Shown here: positions 8,521-17,859 of the stretch, piece by piece
Position numbering within the stretch: the stretch's first letter is position 1
Layout: each line of letters starts with the position of its first letter
From: Dehalococcoidia bacterium
Lineage (GTDB): Bacteria; Chloroflexota; Dehalococcoidia; UBA2979
NCBI GenBank assembly: GCA_036013055.1
Contig: DASCQM010000003.1
Location: 71,360-135,359, forward strand
Direction of reading: 5' to 3'
Length of the DNA stretch: 64,000 bases
Position numbers and translations under genes: made by a program
Notes under the pieces: model-generated
Database searches by the model: none
What the model saw: the letters and a program-made list of their open reading frames with translations, nothing else
What the model was told of the DNA's origin: nothing

Positions 8521-8847
8521 ATGCTGAGACGCGCTGCCCTCGCAGCAATCCGCCTCTACCAGCGATCGGTCTCGCCATCGCTCGGCACGAACTGCCGCTA
8601 CGAGCCGACGTGCTCCGCCTACACATACGAGGCCGTTGAGCGCCACGGTGCGGTCCGCGGCACCTGGATGGGCATTCGCCGCATCGCACGCTGCCGGCCC
8701 GGCCGAGCCGGTGGTTACGACCCGGTCGTCGTCGAATCTGAGTTAGGTTCACCAGCAACAGCGGAATCAGACGCCGTCGATGCTGCGATGCAGCACTCCC
8801 ACGCACACGCTCGTCCCCCCGCGGGCGCGACAGAAAGGCGAGCATAA
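8521..8847 (+). CDS. yidD: membrane protein insertion efficiency factor YidD (extended C-terminus)
   Basis: AAIRLYQRSVSP.LG..CRYEPTCSAYTYEAVERHG...G.W.G.RRI.RC.P is the YidD signature. Confidence 0.85.
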   Translation: MLRRAALAAIRLYQRSVSPSLGTNCRYEPTCSAYTYEAVERHGAVRGTWMGIRRIARCRPGRAGGYDPVVVESELGSPATAESDAVDAAMQHSHAHARPPAGATERRA

Positions 8848-8867
8848 GACAATCGTGAAATCCCTTA

Positions 8868-8883
8868 TGTTTCACGTGTGACA
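8868..8883. promoter_or_regulatory. parS-like site TGTTTCACGTGTGACA (14/16 to the TGTTTCACGTGAAACA consensus)
   Basis: Read directly in the AT-rich yidD-propeller spacer, about 4.9 kb upstream of parB. It overlaps a second inverted repeat, CGTGAAA-N9-TTTCACG (8854..8876). Confidence 0.6.
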
Positions 8884-8892
8884 CCCCTAACC

Positions 8893-10068
8893 ATGCGACG
8901 ATCCACCCTCGATTCCCTGCCAGCGCCACGTCTGACGCGATCGCGACGCTGGCTCCTTCCCGCCTTGCTCGTGCTCGCCCTTTTCGCTACCGGGTGCGCG
9001 CGGATCGCGGAGGCCAGTGGCTGGTCCAGTCCGGCCTACGACGGCGACATCCTCGTCACGCAGTCCGACGAGGGCGTCATTTCAGCCTTTCAGGTTGCCG
9101 ATCCCACGATCCCGCTCAACCCCGCCGCTCCGCTCTGGACGTATCCAACCCACAACAGCGCCGATGACGACATCGGTTTCGACACGATCTACGCAACGCC
9201 GATCATCGAGGGCAACACGGTCTACGTCGCCGGCTACAGCGGCACGGTCGTCGCTCTCGCCCTCAGCGGAGACACTGCCGGCCGGCCACTGCCCGCGTGG
9301 GGCGGCCCGATCGAGCTCGACGAGCGCATCGTCGCTACCCCGGCGTTGCACGACGGCGTGCTGTACGTGGCAACCGAGGAAGGCAACCTGCACTCGCTGG
9401 CTACAGCCTCAGGCGCAGCGGTCACGGCCCCGATCGTCGTCGGCGGCCGCCTCTGGACCCAGCCACACATCGATGGTGGTCGCATCTACCTCGGCAGCAT
9501 CGACGATTCATTGATCGCGCTCGATCTCACAGGCGGTGCCACCGCCTGGAGGCGGGACATCGGCAGCATCGCCGGCGACGCGTTCGCCGACAGCAGCCTG
9601 CTGTACATGCCATCGCTCGATGGCCGCATTCATGCGCTGGACCTCGCTGCTGGCGGGGCTGAGCGCTGGCCGGAAGGCGCTGGTGGCGGTTCTGGGTGGT
9701 TCTGGGGCCGTCCACTGCTGCAAGGTAGTGTTCTCTATGCCATTGCTGTCGATGGCACTGCGTACGCCTTCAATGCAACGACAGGCGCAGAACAGTGGCG
9801 TTCGCAACCGCCGGACGGCGACGAGGTTCGCGCAGCGCCGATCGTCGTCGCCGGCGTGCTGCTCGTCGCCACTCGCGATGGTGATATCCGCGGCATCAAC
9901 GCGAGCAACGGAGCCGAACTCTGGGTCCACTCCGTGGACGGGGAGCGCTTCTACGCCGACCCGATCCAGATCGACTCCAACATCATCATCTACGCCGACA
10001 ACGACGGTGGTCTCTGGCAGGTGAATCCCGCCACCGGCACCGTCCGTGTCTACCTCGAACGCGACTAG
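8893..10068 (+). CDS. PQQ-like (BamB-type) beta-propeller repeat lipoprotein
   Basis: Lipobox LALFATGC after a basic leader. Repeated motifs of the type G.(V/L)Y(V/A)....G.(L/V).A(L/F)D..(T/G)G...W are typical of PQQ-like propellers. Confidence 0.8.
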   Translation: MRRSTLDSLPAPRLTRSRRWLLPALLVLALFATGCARIAEASGWSSPAYDGDILVTQSDEGVISAFQVADPTIPLNPAAPLWTYPTHNSADDDIGFDTIYATPIIEGNTVYVAGYSGTVVALALSGDTAGRPLPAWGGPIELDERIVATPALHDGVLYVATEEGNLHSLATASGAAVTAPIVVGGRLWTQPHIDGGRIYLGSIDDSLIALDLTGGATAWRRDIGSIAGDAFADSSLLYMPSLDGRIHALDLAAGGAERWPEGAGGGSGWFWGRPLLQGSVLYAIAVDGTAYAFNATTGAEQWRSQPPDGDEVRAAPIVVAGVLLVATRDGDIRGINASNGAELWVHSVDGERFYADPIQIDSNIIIYADNDGGLWQVNPATGTVRVYLERD

Positions 10069-10089
10069 CAGAGGCTTCCAGGAGCTCCC

Positions 10090-11106
10090 ATGCCTATCGG
10101 CTTCATCTGGCAGACGTTCCTCGAGACGCCCCTGATCAACTTCATGATCCTGCTCACCGTCGGCGCGTTCAGCTCCTTCGGGTTCGCCATCCTCGCCTTC
10201 ACGCTCATCACACGTGTTATTACTTTCCCACTGACGATGCGCACGATGCGGTCGACTCGCGCAATGCAGGAACTGCAGCCTCAGATTCAGGAACTGCAGA
10301 AGAAGTACTCCGACCCTCGCCGCCGCTCCGAGGAGACGATGAAGCTCTACAAGGAATCCGGCGTAAACCCTCTCGGCTGTCTCGGCTCTCAGATCATCCA
10401 GTTCCCGCTCTTCATCGCGATGTACCAGGTGATCCGCACGACGCTCGCCAACTCACCCGAGGGCGTCCTCTACCTGGAAAGCAGGCTCTACGACATCGAC
10501 TCCATGTTCGGCGCCCGCTTCATGCATGACGCGCTGCCGCTGAACACGGACTTCTTCTTCATGGACCTCACCGCCTCGGGTACGAACGTCACCAGCATCA
10601 CGCTGATGCTGCTCGTCTTCGCGTCGATGTGGTTGCAGCAGCGGATCTCCGTCTCGCGCACCTCAGCGACCGGCAATCAGAGCGACCAACAGCAACAGAT
10701 GAGCCAGATGATGCAGTGGATGATGCCGATCATGTTCGCGGCATTTGTGATCGCAGTTCCGGCGGGACTGGGCCTCTACTGGACAGCCACGACCGTGATT
10801 GGGATTATCCTGCACTGGACGTTCCTAGGCCCGGGTGACTTCACCTGGGGCTCACTGATTCCAGAACAGCTTCAATCCCGCATCACACCTGCCGCAGGAA
10901 CAGCACTGACCACGACCGAATCCGACACCCAGCCCGGCGATTCTTCCGACGATGACGACGAGGACGCCAGTACCGAGATAGGGACCAACGATGGCGAACG
11001 AAGTAGAAACCAGCGGACCAGACGTCGACGCAGCGGTCGCCAGGGCTCTCAGTCAACTCGGCCTCAATCGCGATCAAGTCGACGTCGACGTCGTCCGCGA
11101 AGGTAG
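10090..11106 (+). CDS. yidC: membrane protein insertase YidC (short monoderm type) with Arg-rich C-terminal tail
   Basis: FAILAFTLITRVITFPLT..........MQELQP.IQELQKKY..D......E.MKLYKE.GVNPLGC is YidC/Oxa1 core. Tail: ...RNQRTRRRRSGRQGSQSTRPQSRSSRRRRRPRR. Confidence 0.9.
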   Translation: MPIGFIWQTFLETPLINFMILLTVGAFSSFGFAILAFTLITRVITFPLTMRTMRSTRAMQELQPQIQELQKKYSDPRRRSEETMKLYKESGVNPLGCLGSQIIQFPLFIAMYQVIRTTLANSPEGVLYLESRLYDIDSMFGARFMHDALPLNTDFFFMDLTASGTNVTSITLMLLVFASMWLQQRISVSRTSATGNQSDQQQQMSQMMQWMMPIMFAAFVIAVPAGLGLYWTATTVIGIILHWTFLGPGDFTWGSLIPEQLQSRITPAAGTALTTTESDTQPGDSSDDDDEDASTEIGTNDGERSRNQRTRRRRSGRQGSQSTRPQSRSSRRRRRPRR

Positions 11107-12016
11107 GAAGGGCGGCTTCCTCGGCATCGGTGCCGAAGCCGCAATCGTCCGCGTCGCCGAGAAGGCTGGTGCCGCGTCGTCTGACGGTGACCGCGACGGC
11201 CAGAGTGACGGCGACGGCGAACGATCATCAGACGGCGATGGCGACGGTGAGCGATCGTCCGAGGGCGGCGGACGTCGTCGACGCGGCGGGCGCGGCCGTG
11301 GCGGTCGCGGACGGGGACGCGGCAATCGCGGTGGCTCCGGCGACGGCGGCTCGGGCGATAGTGACAGCGACGGCCGAAGCGACAGTCGAGGCGACGAGCC
11401 ACGTCGAGAGCAGCGCGAGCGGCGACCACGTCGCGAATCCGCGCCGTACACGGCAGCCGAAGAGCCGATGCTGGTGCCCGGCGCGCCCGACGAGCTTCCC
11501 TCGGCACCCCCGGCCGACGCCGAAGACGAGATGGACTTCGCGGGGCACACCCTGCGCGACTTGCTGAACTTCTTCGGCCTCGAGGAGACCGAGATCAGCG
11601 GCCGCGACCCCGAGACCGCCGGCGATGGCGTCGGGCTGATGACGCAGGTCTTCGACATCTACGGCGAGACAGACGACGCCTCCGACGAGCTTGGCCTCCT
11701 GATCGGCCGCCGCGGCGAGACGCTGCAGGCACTCCAGTACCTGCTGAACGTGATGGTCTCCAGCCGCTACGATGGCGACCACGTGTTTGCCGTCGACGTC
11801 GAAGGCTATCGTCGGCGTCGTGAGAACACCTTGCAGGACCTCGCCGAGCGGGTTGCCAGCGAGGTGATCGACACCGGTGACGTGATCACGCTTGAGCCGA
11901 TGCCCGCCGCGGAGCGCCGCATCATCCACCTCACGCTCGAGGCGATGGATGGTGTCACCACCGAGAGCGTCGGGTCCGGCAACAACCGGCAGGTCGAGGT
12001 GCTTCCCGGAGAGTAG
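10991..12016 (+). CDS. jag: RNA-binding protein Jag/KhpB (Jag-N, KH, R3H) with RGG/acidic low-complexity insert
   Basis: N-terminal Jag_N pattern (DVDAAVARALSQLGLNRDQVDVDVVREGRKGGFLGIG). C-terminal KH/R3H region (LLIGRRGETLQALQYLLN...EPMPAAERRIIHLTL). Conserved position after yidC. Confidence 0.85.
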   Translation: MANEVETSGPDVDAAVARALSQLGLNRDQVDVDVVREGRKGGFLGIGAEAAIVRVAEKAGAASSDGDRDGQSDGDGERSSDGDGDGERSSEGGGRRRRGGRGRGGRGRGRGNRGGSGDGGSGDSDSDGRSDSRGDEPRREQRERRPRRESAPYTAAEEPMLVPGAPDELPSAPPADAEDEMDFAGHTLRDLLNFFGLEETEISGRDPETAGDGVGLMTQVFDIYGETDDASDELGLLIGRRGETLQALQYLLNVMVSSRYDGDHVFAVDVEGYRRRRENTLQDLAERVASEVIDTGDVITLEPMPAAERRIIHLTLEAMDGVTTESVGSGNNRQVEVLPGE

Positions 12017-12087
12017 TCACGAGACACCCCGGGGCCCGCGATCGGGTCACTCACTCCCCGTAGATTCCGTGAGGTCGGGAGAGACGC

Positions 12088-12942
12088 ATGCCTCCCTCTC
12101 CGCCGAAGATGCTCGCGATCGGTCCGTTCGCCACTGACGTGATCGGTGCCGAACGACGTCCAGGAGGCGCGGTCTCATACACGGCTCGCGCAGCACACTC
12201 GTTCGGAACACGGCTCGCGATCCTCACGATCGGCGACCCGGACTCGCTTCCGCCCGCCTTCGATGGCCACGACGTCACCGTCGTGCCGGACGCCACACTG
12301 ACGTTCAGCCACGCCACCCGAGGCAACGACCGCGAGCTGACCGTGGCGAGCCAACCCTCGCGAGCGCTGCTGGCGTCCGACCTTCCGCAGGGATGGGCGC
12401 AGGCGGAGACCGTGATGTTGATGCCGCTCGTGCCACAGGACGACTGCGCATCCTTCGCGGGCATCCCAAGCGACGGCCAGCGAGCGCTGGTAGGGCAGGG
12501 GCTTCAGCGCGCGCTCACATCTTCCTCACGTATTGTCGAGCGTTCACGACCATCTACCGACCTCATTCGAGCTTTTTCCACCACTACCACGCTATTTCTT
12601 TCGGAACAGGAGACGTCTGGCTGGACGTATGAAGAGATGACGCTAGCGATCGGTCGTAACGCTCGCGTCGTGATCACGCGTGGCGCAGCCGGTGCCGACA
12701 TCTACGGCGCGGGCCACGACCCGATCCACATCGACGTCACGCTCGCCGAGCCGGTCGATACGAACGGCGCCGGCGACGTCTTCGCCACCGCCTTCATGCT
12801 CGCGCTCGCGCGTGGCGACGACGACGAGACCGCCGGCCGGCTGGCGAGCGCGTACGCCGCCGCCTGTGTCGAGGTCGTCGGTCCGGCGGAGCTGCCACCG
12901 CTCGCCGCGATCGAGGCGAGGATCGGTGCGACCAGCTCATGA
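12088..12942 (+). CDS. PfkB-family carbohydrate/nucleoside kinase
   Basis: C-terminal PfkB signature DTNGAGDVFATAF plus an N-terminal GG.....A motif. ATGA overlap with parA. Confidence 0.8.
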   Translation: MPPSPPKMLAIGPFATDVIGAERRPGGAVSYTARAAHSFGTRLAILTIGDPDSLPPAFDGHDVTVVPDATLTFSHATRGNDRELTVASQPSRALLASDLPQGWAQAETVMLMPLVPQDDCASFAGIPSDGQRALVGQGLQRALTSSSRIVERSRPSTDLIRAFSTTTTLFLSEQETSGWTYEEMTLAIGRNARVVITRGAAGADIYGAGHDPIHIDVTLAEPVDTNGAGDVFATAFMLALARGDDDETAGRLASAYAAACVEVVGPAELPPLAAIEARIGATSS

Positions 12943-13784
12943 CCTACATCTTCGCGATCACGAACCAGAAGGGCGGCGTCGGCAAGACCACCACGACGGT
13001 TTCGCTCGGTGCCGCGCTAGCCGAGCGCGGCTACCGGGTACTGATCGTCGATGCCGACCCGCAGGCCAACGCCACCTCCGCGGCGGGCACCGTCGACGCA
13101 GCGCCGCGCCCCGGCGACGGCACGCGCGACGGGATGGACGGGATGTACGAAGCGCTCGTCGATGAGCGTCCGCTCGCGGAGCTCGTCGTCGAGACCGTCA
13201 CCGCCGGGCTGCGGGTCGTGCCGAGCACGCCCGATCTTGCCGGTGCGGAGGTGGAGCTCACCTCCGTGCTCGCCCGCGAGTACCGGTTGAAGAAGCTGCT
13301 GGAGCCGGTGCGCGTCGACTATGACTTCATCCTGATCGACTGTCCGCCCTCGCTCGGCCTGCTCACCGTGAACGCGCTCGCCGCCGCAGACGAGGTGATC
13401 ATCCCGGTGCAGACGGAGTACCTCGCACTCGAAGGGCTCGGCCACCTCTCGCAGACGATCGAATTGATCCGGGGCAGTATCAACCCGAGCCTGCGTCTGC
13501 GCGGTATCGTGCTCACGATGTTTGACGCACGCACCAACCTGGCGAAGGAAGTCGAAGCTGAGGTGCGGCAGCACTTCGACAACACATTCCACGCGGTCAT
13601 CCCCCGCTCTGTGCGGCTCTCCGAGGCTCCGAGCCACGGCAAGCCGATCCAGAGTTACGACCCACTCTCTGCAGGGGCCCGTGCTTACGAGGCACTGGCT
13701 GACGAGCTCCTGGAGCAGCTAGAGATGTCGCCGAACGGCGGCAGCACTGGCGACACGACAGGAGGCAACCATGGCACGCAGTAG
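12939..13784 (+). CDS. parA: chromosome partitioning ATPase ParA/Soj
   Basis: Deviant Walker A: IFAITNQKGGVGKTTTTVSLGAALA. Also VLIVDADPQANAT. Confidence 0.9.
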   Translation: MTYIFAITNQKGGVGKTTTTVSLGAALAERGYRVLIVDADPQANATSAAGTVDAAPRPGDGTRDGMDGMYEALVDERPLAELVVETVTAGLRVVPSTPDLAGAEVELTSVLAREYRLKKLLEPVRVDYDFILIDCPPSLGLLTVNALAAADEVIIPVQTEYLALEGLGHLSQTIELIRGSINPSLRLRGIVLTMFDARTNLAKEVEAEVRQHFDNTFHAVIPRSVRLSEAPSHGKPIQSYDPLSAGARAYEALADELLEQLEMSPNGGSTGDTTGGNHGTQ

Positions 13785-14646
13785 CGGACTCGGACGGGGA
13801 CTCTCGGCGCTGATCCCGGACGGGCCACCGCGCGACGAGCGCATCCCGGTGAGCGAGGTCGAGGTCTCGCTGGTCACACCGAACCCGGAGCAGCCGCGTA
13901 CGTCGATCGACACGGTCGACATCGAGTCGCTCACGGCGTCGGTGAAGGAGCACGGGATCATCCAGCCGCTGCTCGTCTCGGAAGCGACGGGAGAGAGCGG
14001 CGAGACGGTCTACCAGCTGATTGCGGGGGAGCGTCGGCTGCGCGCCGCACGCGCCGCCGGGCTGACGCATGTCCCGGTCACGATCCGCCAGAGCACGCCG
14101 CAGGAGCTGCTGGAGCTGGCGCTGATCGAGAACGTCCAGCGGCTCGACCTCAACGCGCTCGAAGAGGCGCTCGCGTACCGCCGGCTGATCGAGGAGTTCG
14201 CACTCACTCAGCAAGCGGTCTCGGACCGCGTCGGTAAGTCGCGTACGGCGATCGCGAACACGCTACGGCTGCTCGACCTCAGTGAGGACGAGAAGGCGTC
14301 GCTGACGTCCGGCGAGGTGACCGAGGGGCACGCACGCGCCCTGCTCGGGGTCACCGACGGAACGCAGCGCTGGGAAGCGTGGCAGCAGGTCGTCGAACGA
14401 GGCTTGAACGTGCGTCAGACGGAGCGCATCGTACGCGAGTGGCGCAGCGAGGCCCCGGCCAAAGCTGCGGTCGTCGACCCCGTCGACGCGCAGATCGAAG
14501 CCCTGACGGAATCGCTGCGGCGCAGCCTCGGGACCAAGGTCTCCCTGCGTCGGAACAAGCGCGGCGCGGGGAGCATGACGATCCACTTCTATAGCGACGA
14601 AGAGCTGGACGGGCTACTCGACCGGCTGACGCCAGAAGGCGTCTGA
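13771..14646 (+). CDS. parB: chromosome partitioning protein ParB/Spo0J
   Basis: [23 protein letters not shown] (ParB box), and an HTH ([23 protein letters not shown]). Confidence 0.9.
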   Translation: MARSSGLGRGLSALIPDGPPRDERIPVSEVEVSLVTPNPEQPRTSIDTVDIESLTASVKEHGIIQPLLVSEATGESGETVYQLIAGERRLRAARAAGLTHVPVTIRQSTPQELLELALIENVQRLDLNALEEALAYRRLIEEFALTQQAVSDRVGKSRTAIANTLRLLDLSEDEKASLTSGEVTEGHARALLGVTDGTQRWEAWQQVVERGLNVRQTERIVREWRSEAPAKAAVVDPVDAQIEALTESLRRSLGTKVSLRRNKRGAGSMTIHFYSDEELDGLLDRLTPEGV

Positions 14647-14685
14647 GCGACAGTCTGAACGACAGCGAATCCGAAGAGGACTCCC

Positions 14686-15150
14686 ATGGTTGCTGAACGG
14701 CTGAACGAGCTGGGCATCGAACTGCCCGCCCCGGCGACCCCGATGGCGGTCTACCGGCCCGCGAGGAGCACGGGCAACCTCGTCTACATCTCGGGACAGG
14801 TCGCGGTTCGCGATGGCGAGATCGTGAATGCGGGAACGCTCGGCGACGGCGTGAGCATCGAGCAGGGGCAGGAAGCCGCGCGCGTCGCGGTGATCAACTC
14901 GCTGGCGGCCGCAAACGCGCTCGTCGGCAGCCTCGACGGCCTGCGCGTCGTGCGACTCGTCGGCTACGTCGCATCGACGTCGGACTTCTACGACCAGCCG
15001 GCCGTGATCAACGGCGCGAGCGAACTGCTACGCGACGTCCTCGGCGAAGACGATGGCGTCGGCACCCGGCTCGCGCTGGGGGTGGCGGCGTTGCCATCGA
15101 ACTCGCCGGTCGAGATTGAACTGATCTTCGAGACGATCGAGGGGGCCTGA
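14686..15150 (+). CDS. RidA/YjgF-family protein
   Basis: VYISGQ...........G...EQ...A..N.......G.......V.....Y..........N........G.....R...GVAALP....VEIE is the Rid-family pattern. Confidence 0.8.
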   Translation: MVAERLNELGIELPAPATPMAVYRPARSTGNLVYISGQVAVRDGEIVNAGTLGDGVSIEQGQEAARVAVINSLAAANALVGSLDGLRVVRLVGYVASTSDFYDQPAVINGASELLRDVLGEDDGVGTRLALGVAALPSNSPVEIELIFETIEGA

Positions 15151-15641
15151 TGGCACGCATCGACTTCGTGACCGGCAACGTGCAGCAGTACCTTCCGCAG
15201 GTCGAGGCGCTCGCGGGTGTTCCCGATCGCGCGGAGGCGGCGCTCAGCGGTCGCTCCAGCATGAACTTCAACACCGCCCCCAGCGACGACGAGTGGTCAC
15301 CCGCCCGCGTGCTGCAACACATGACCTATTACGCGCTTGAAGACGCGCACAACCTGCGCCGCATGGTCTGGCAGGAGGCCCCGCTGATCACGATGTGGGA
15401 CGAGGATCAGGTGATCCGCGAGCACGGTCTCGCCCGCATGAACGGCACGAACGCGCTGACGGCACTGACCGACGCGATCGGCAGCAGCGTCGATGTTCTC
15501 AAAGAGCTACAGGACGCCTGGTGGGGCCGACCGGTCGTACACCCGCGCGCCGGGCGGCTCTCAATTCGCCAGTTCGTCGAACGTCGAGTGATTCATCACA
15601 ACGACCACATCGCCCAGCTCCAGGCGATCGCAGGCGACTAG
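15150..15641 (+). CDS. DinB-family protein
   Basis: 163 aa with spaced His residues (LQHM..Y..., HHNDHIAQL) typical of DinB_2 four-helix bundles. Start overlaps the stop of the upstream gene. Confidence 0.7.
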   Translation: MARIDFVTGNVQQYLPQVEALAGVPDRAEAALSGRSSMNFNTAPSDDEWSPARVLQHMTYYALEDAHNLRRMVWQEAPLITMWDEDQVIREHGLARMNGTNALTALTDAIGSSVDVLKELQDAWWGRPVVHPRAGRLSIRQFVERRVIHHNDHIAQLQAIAGD

Positions 15642-15659
15642 GGCGACCAGCGCGGCTCG

Positions 15660-16757
15660 CTAGCTCGCATTCCCGCCACCGCCACCGCCACGCCGTCGAC
15701 GCCCGCCACGGCGACCGCGCCTGCGACGTTTGCGCTGCTGGCCGTCGTCCGACGCCTGATCGGATGCCCCGTCGGATGCTTGCTCGGTGCCCTTCGCGGG
15801 CCGCTCATCCGGCCGTCGGCGCCTGGCGATACGCGTGTCCGTCGGTGTCAGCGTGGCGACCGTCGAGTCGCGGCGCTCGCGGTCCTGCCGCCGCGCGGGC
15901 TCCTCGATCTTCGCTTCCAGTTCCTCGGGCCGAACCGCCGTGCCGTACTGCGCACGCAGCTCGTCGGCGGCGATCTCAATCACCGCGCCGCCCTGATCCA
16001 TGCGCATGCGCACGACCTGCTTGAGCGCGTTCACGCTGAGGATGCGGGCGCGGCCCATCGGCGTCGTGACGCGCTTCCCGACCTGCGGTAGATCGCCACG
16101 CAGCTCCTGATAAGCCTCGACCTCGAAAGAGAGGCAGCAGAGCAGGCGGCCGCAGACGCCGGATATCTTCGCCGGGTTCGGCGAGAGGTCCTGCTCCTTC
16201 GCCATGCGCACGGAGATCGCGGGGAACTCCGTCTGCCACGTCGCGCAACAGAGCGCGCGGCCACAGACGCCGAGACCGCCGATCGATTTCGCTCGATCGC
16301 GGTCACCAACCTGGGTGATCCCGACCTTCGCAGTGAACAGTTCCGACGTCTGCTGCTGCAGCCAGTCGTGTCCAATGCGCTCGCTGGCCGCAAACGTCAG
16401 GTCGCAATATTCCCCCGCAAGGTCGTAATCGACCGAGGCGACACGCACGCGAGGGTCAGCGCGTCCCGCCAGTTCCTGCGCGCGGCTGGCATCCTCCTGC
16501 GCGCGATCCTTGTTCGATTGCCACGTCTGCACGTCGGCCTCCGTCGCGAGACGGTCGATCAGGCGCATCGGCCCCTGGTGCTCGGATGCGAGCACCTGAT
16601 CGGGCGCGATCACGACCCAGCCGAGCCGCTCGCCACGATCGGTCTGCACGACGACGTAGTCGCCGACACCCAGATCCACGTCGCCGCGACGGCAATACGA
16701 GACCGCCCCCGCTTCCGTGAATCGGATGCCTACCATCGGTTGGTCAGTATCACCCAT
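15660..16757 (-). CDS. ricT: PSP1-domain protein RicT/YaaT with Arg/Gly-rich C-terminal tail
   Basis: PSP1 C-terminal cysteine motifs (GGLGVCGRALCCATW...ISGVCGRLLCCLSFE). Conserved position after holB. The tail ends RKRRRRGRRGGRRRRGGGGGGNAS. Confidence 0.85.
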   Translation of the reverse strand: MGDTDQPMVGIRFTEAGAVSYCRRGDVDLGVGDYVVVQTDRGERLGWVVIAPDQVLASEHQGPMRLIDRLATEADVQTWQSNKDRAQEDASRAQELAGRADPRVRVASVDYDLAGEYCDLTFAASERIGHDWLQQQTSELFTAKVGITQVGDRDRAKSIGGLGVCGRALCCATWQTEFPAISVRMAKEQDLSPNPAKISGVCGRLLCCLSFEVEAYQELRGDLPQVGKRVTTPMGRARILSVNALKQVVRMRMDQGGAVIEIAADELRAQYGTAVRPEELEAKIEEPARRQDRERRDSTVATLTPTDTRIARRRRPDERPAKGTEQASDGASDQASDDGQQRKRRRRGRRGGRRRRGGGGGGNAS

Positions 16758-16776
16758 GCTCCCCGCGATGCCGCGC

Positions 16777-17856
16777 TCAGCCGACCGGCTGCGCCACGTC
16801 CTCGCGGGCCTCCTCTCCGTCGCGTGCTGGCAGCACGGGAAGGTCCAACATCAGGACCTCCAGCGCCAGCTGCGCATTCGTGTTCTCAAGTAGATGTTCG
16901 CGAGCCCGCTGCGTCGCGCTGAGCGCGCGCAGGGCCTCTGCGGGTGAACAGTCCTCGGTGACGTCGGAAGCTGGCCCTTCACGATCGACGGCGGTGACTG
17001 CAAGCAGCACATCGCGCCACCACGAGCGCCAGATGTCGAGCGTGGCGAGCACGCTTTCCCGCTCCTGCCGCCAGCCGCGCGAGAGCTGTTCGGCGGCGTC
17101 CAGTCGCTCGTTGCGACTGGCGCGGCTCAGCGCCCGCACCTGCTCCGTTGCTGATTCGCGCAGGACCTCCAGCGACGGGTCGCTGTGCATCGCAACGGCC
17201 CGCCCGTAGCGTCCGCGCGAGAGCCGTGCGAGGTCGAGCGCGTCCGCCTCGCCAACGTCGGCGCGCTCGACAAGCGCAGCGGCAACCTCGTCCGTAGGTG
17301 CGGGTCGCAGCGCAAGCTGCTGGCAGCGTGAGCGGATCGTCGGTAGCAGCGCCTCGGGGTCGGTCGCGAGCAGGAACAGCAGCGAGGACGCAGGTGGCTC
17401 TTCCAGCGTCTTGAGCAGGGCGTTCGCGCCCTCAGCCTGCAGCTCATCGGCGGTATCGACGATGAAGATGCGTCGCGGCGAGGCGAACGGGGAGAGGTTG
17501 GCGACACGCTCGATGCGCCGCACCTGGCAGATACGGATACGCGTGGAGTTGTCTGCGCTGTGATCGTGCGACGATTCGTCGCAGACGCCACCGATCGTGA
17601 TCCGTTCGACGTCGGGAGCGGCACCGCTGCCAACGCGTCGGCAGGCGGCACATTCGAGGCAGGGCGCAGCGTCCGCGTCGCAGTTCAGCGCCTGCGCCAG
17701 TCGAATCGCCAACGTCGCCTTGCCGATGCCCTCCGGACCGCTCAGCAGATAGGCGTGCGAGAGGCGGCCGGACTGCAGCGCGTGGCGGAGCGACGAGACG
17801 GCGTGCGCCTGTCCCACCATCCCCCAGTCATCGGCCCAGCGACGCTCAGAGGTCAT
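16777..17856 (-). CDS. holB: DNA polymerase III subunit delta-prime
   Basis: GQ.HAV..L..A...GR.SHAYLLSGPEGIGK.TLA..LAQALNC, a Zn-module C..C..C, and the SRC motif (TIRSRCQ). Confidence 0.85.
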   Translation of the reverse strand: MTSERRWADDWGMVGQAHAVSSLRHALQSGRLSHAYLLSGPEGIGKATLAIRLAQALNCDADAAPCLECAACRRVGSGAAPDVERITIGGVCDESSHDHSADNSTRIRICQVRRIERVANLSPFASPRRIFIVDTADELQAEGANALLKTLEEPPASSLLFLLATDPEALLPTIRSRCQQLALRPAPTDEVAAALVERADVGEADALDLARLSRGRYGRAVAMHSDPSLEVLRESATEQVRALSRASRNERLDAAEQLSRGWRQERESVLATLDIWRSWWRDVLLAVTAVDREGPASDVTEDCSPAEALRALSATQRAREHLLENTNAQLALEVLMLDLPVLPARDGEEAREDVAQPVG

Positions 17857-17859
17857 CGC

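Noticed and set aside
12530-12620. Low-GC pocket inside the PfkB kinase gene, as a possible inserted element.
   Set aside because: It stays in frame and encodes the family-typical region (..LFLSEQE..., equivalent to the N..E motif). It has no flanking repeats.
14406-14417. GAACGTGCGTCA inside parB, sharing GAACGTGCGT with LexA-type box 1.
   Set aside because: It has a core mismatch (GTCA instead of GTTC) and lies deep inside a coding region. It is most likely a chance match.
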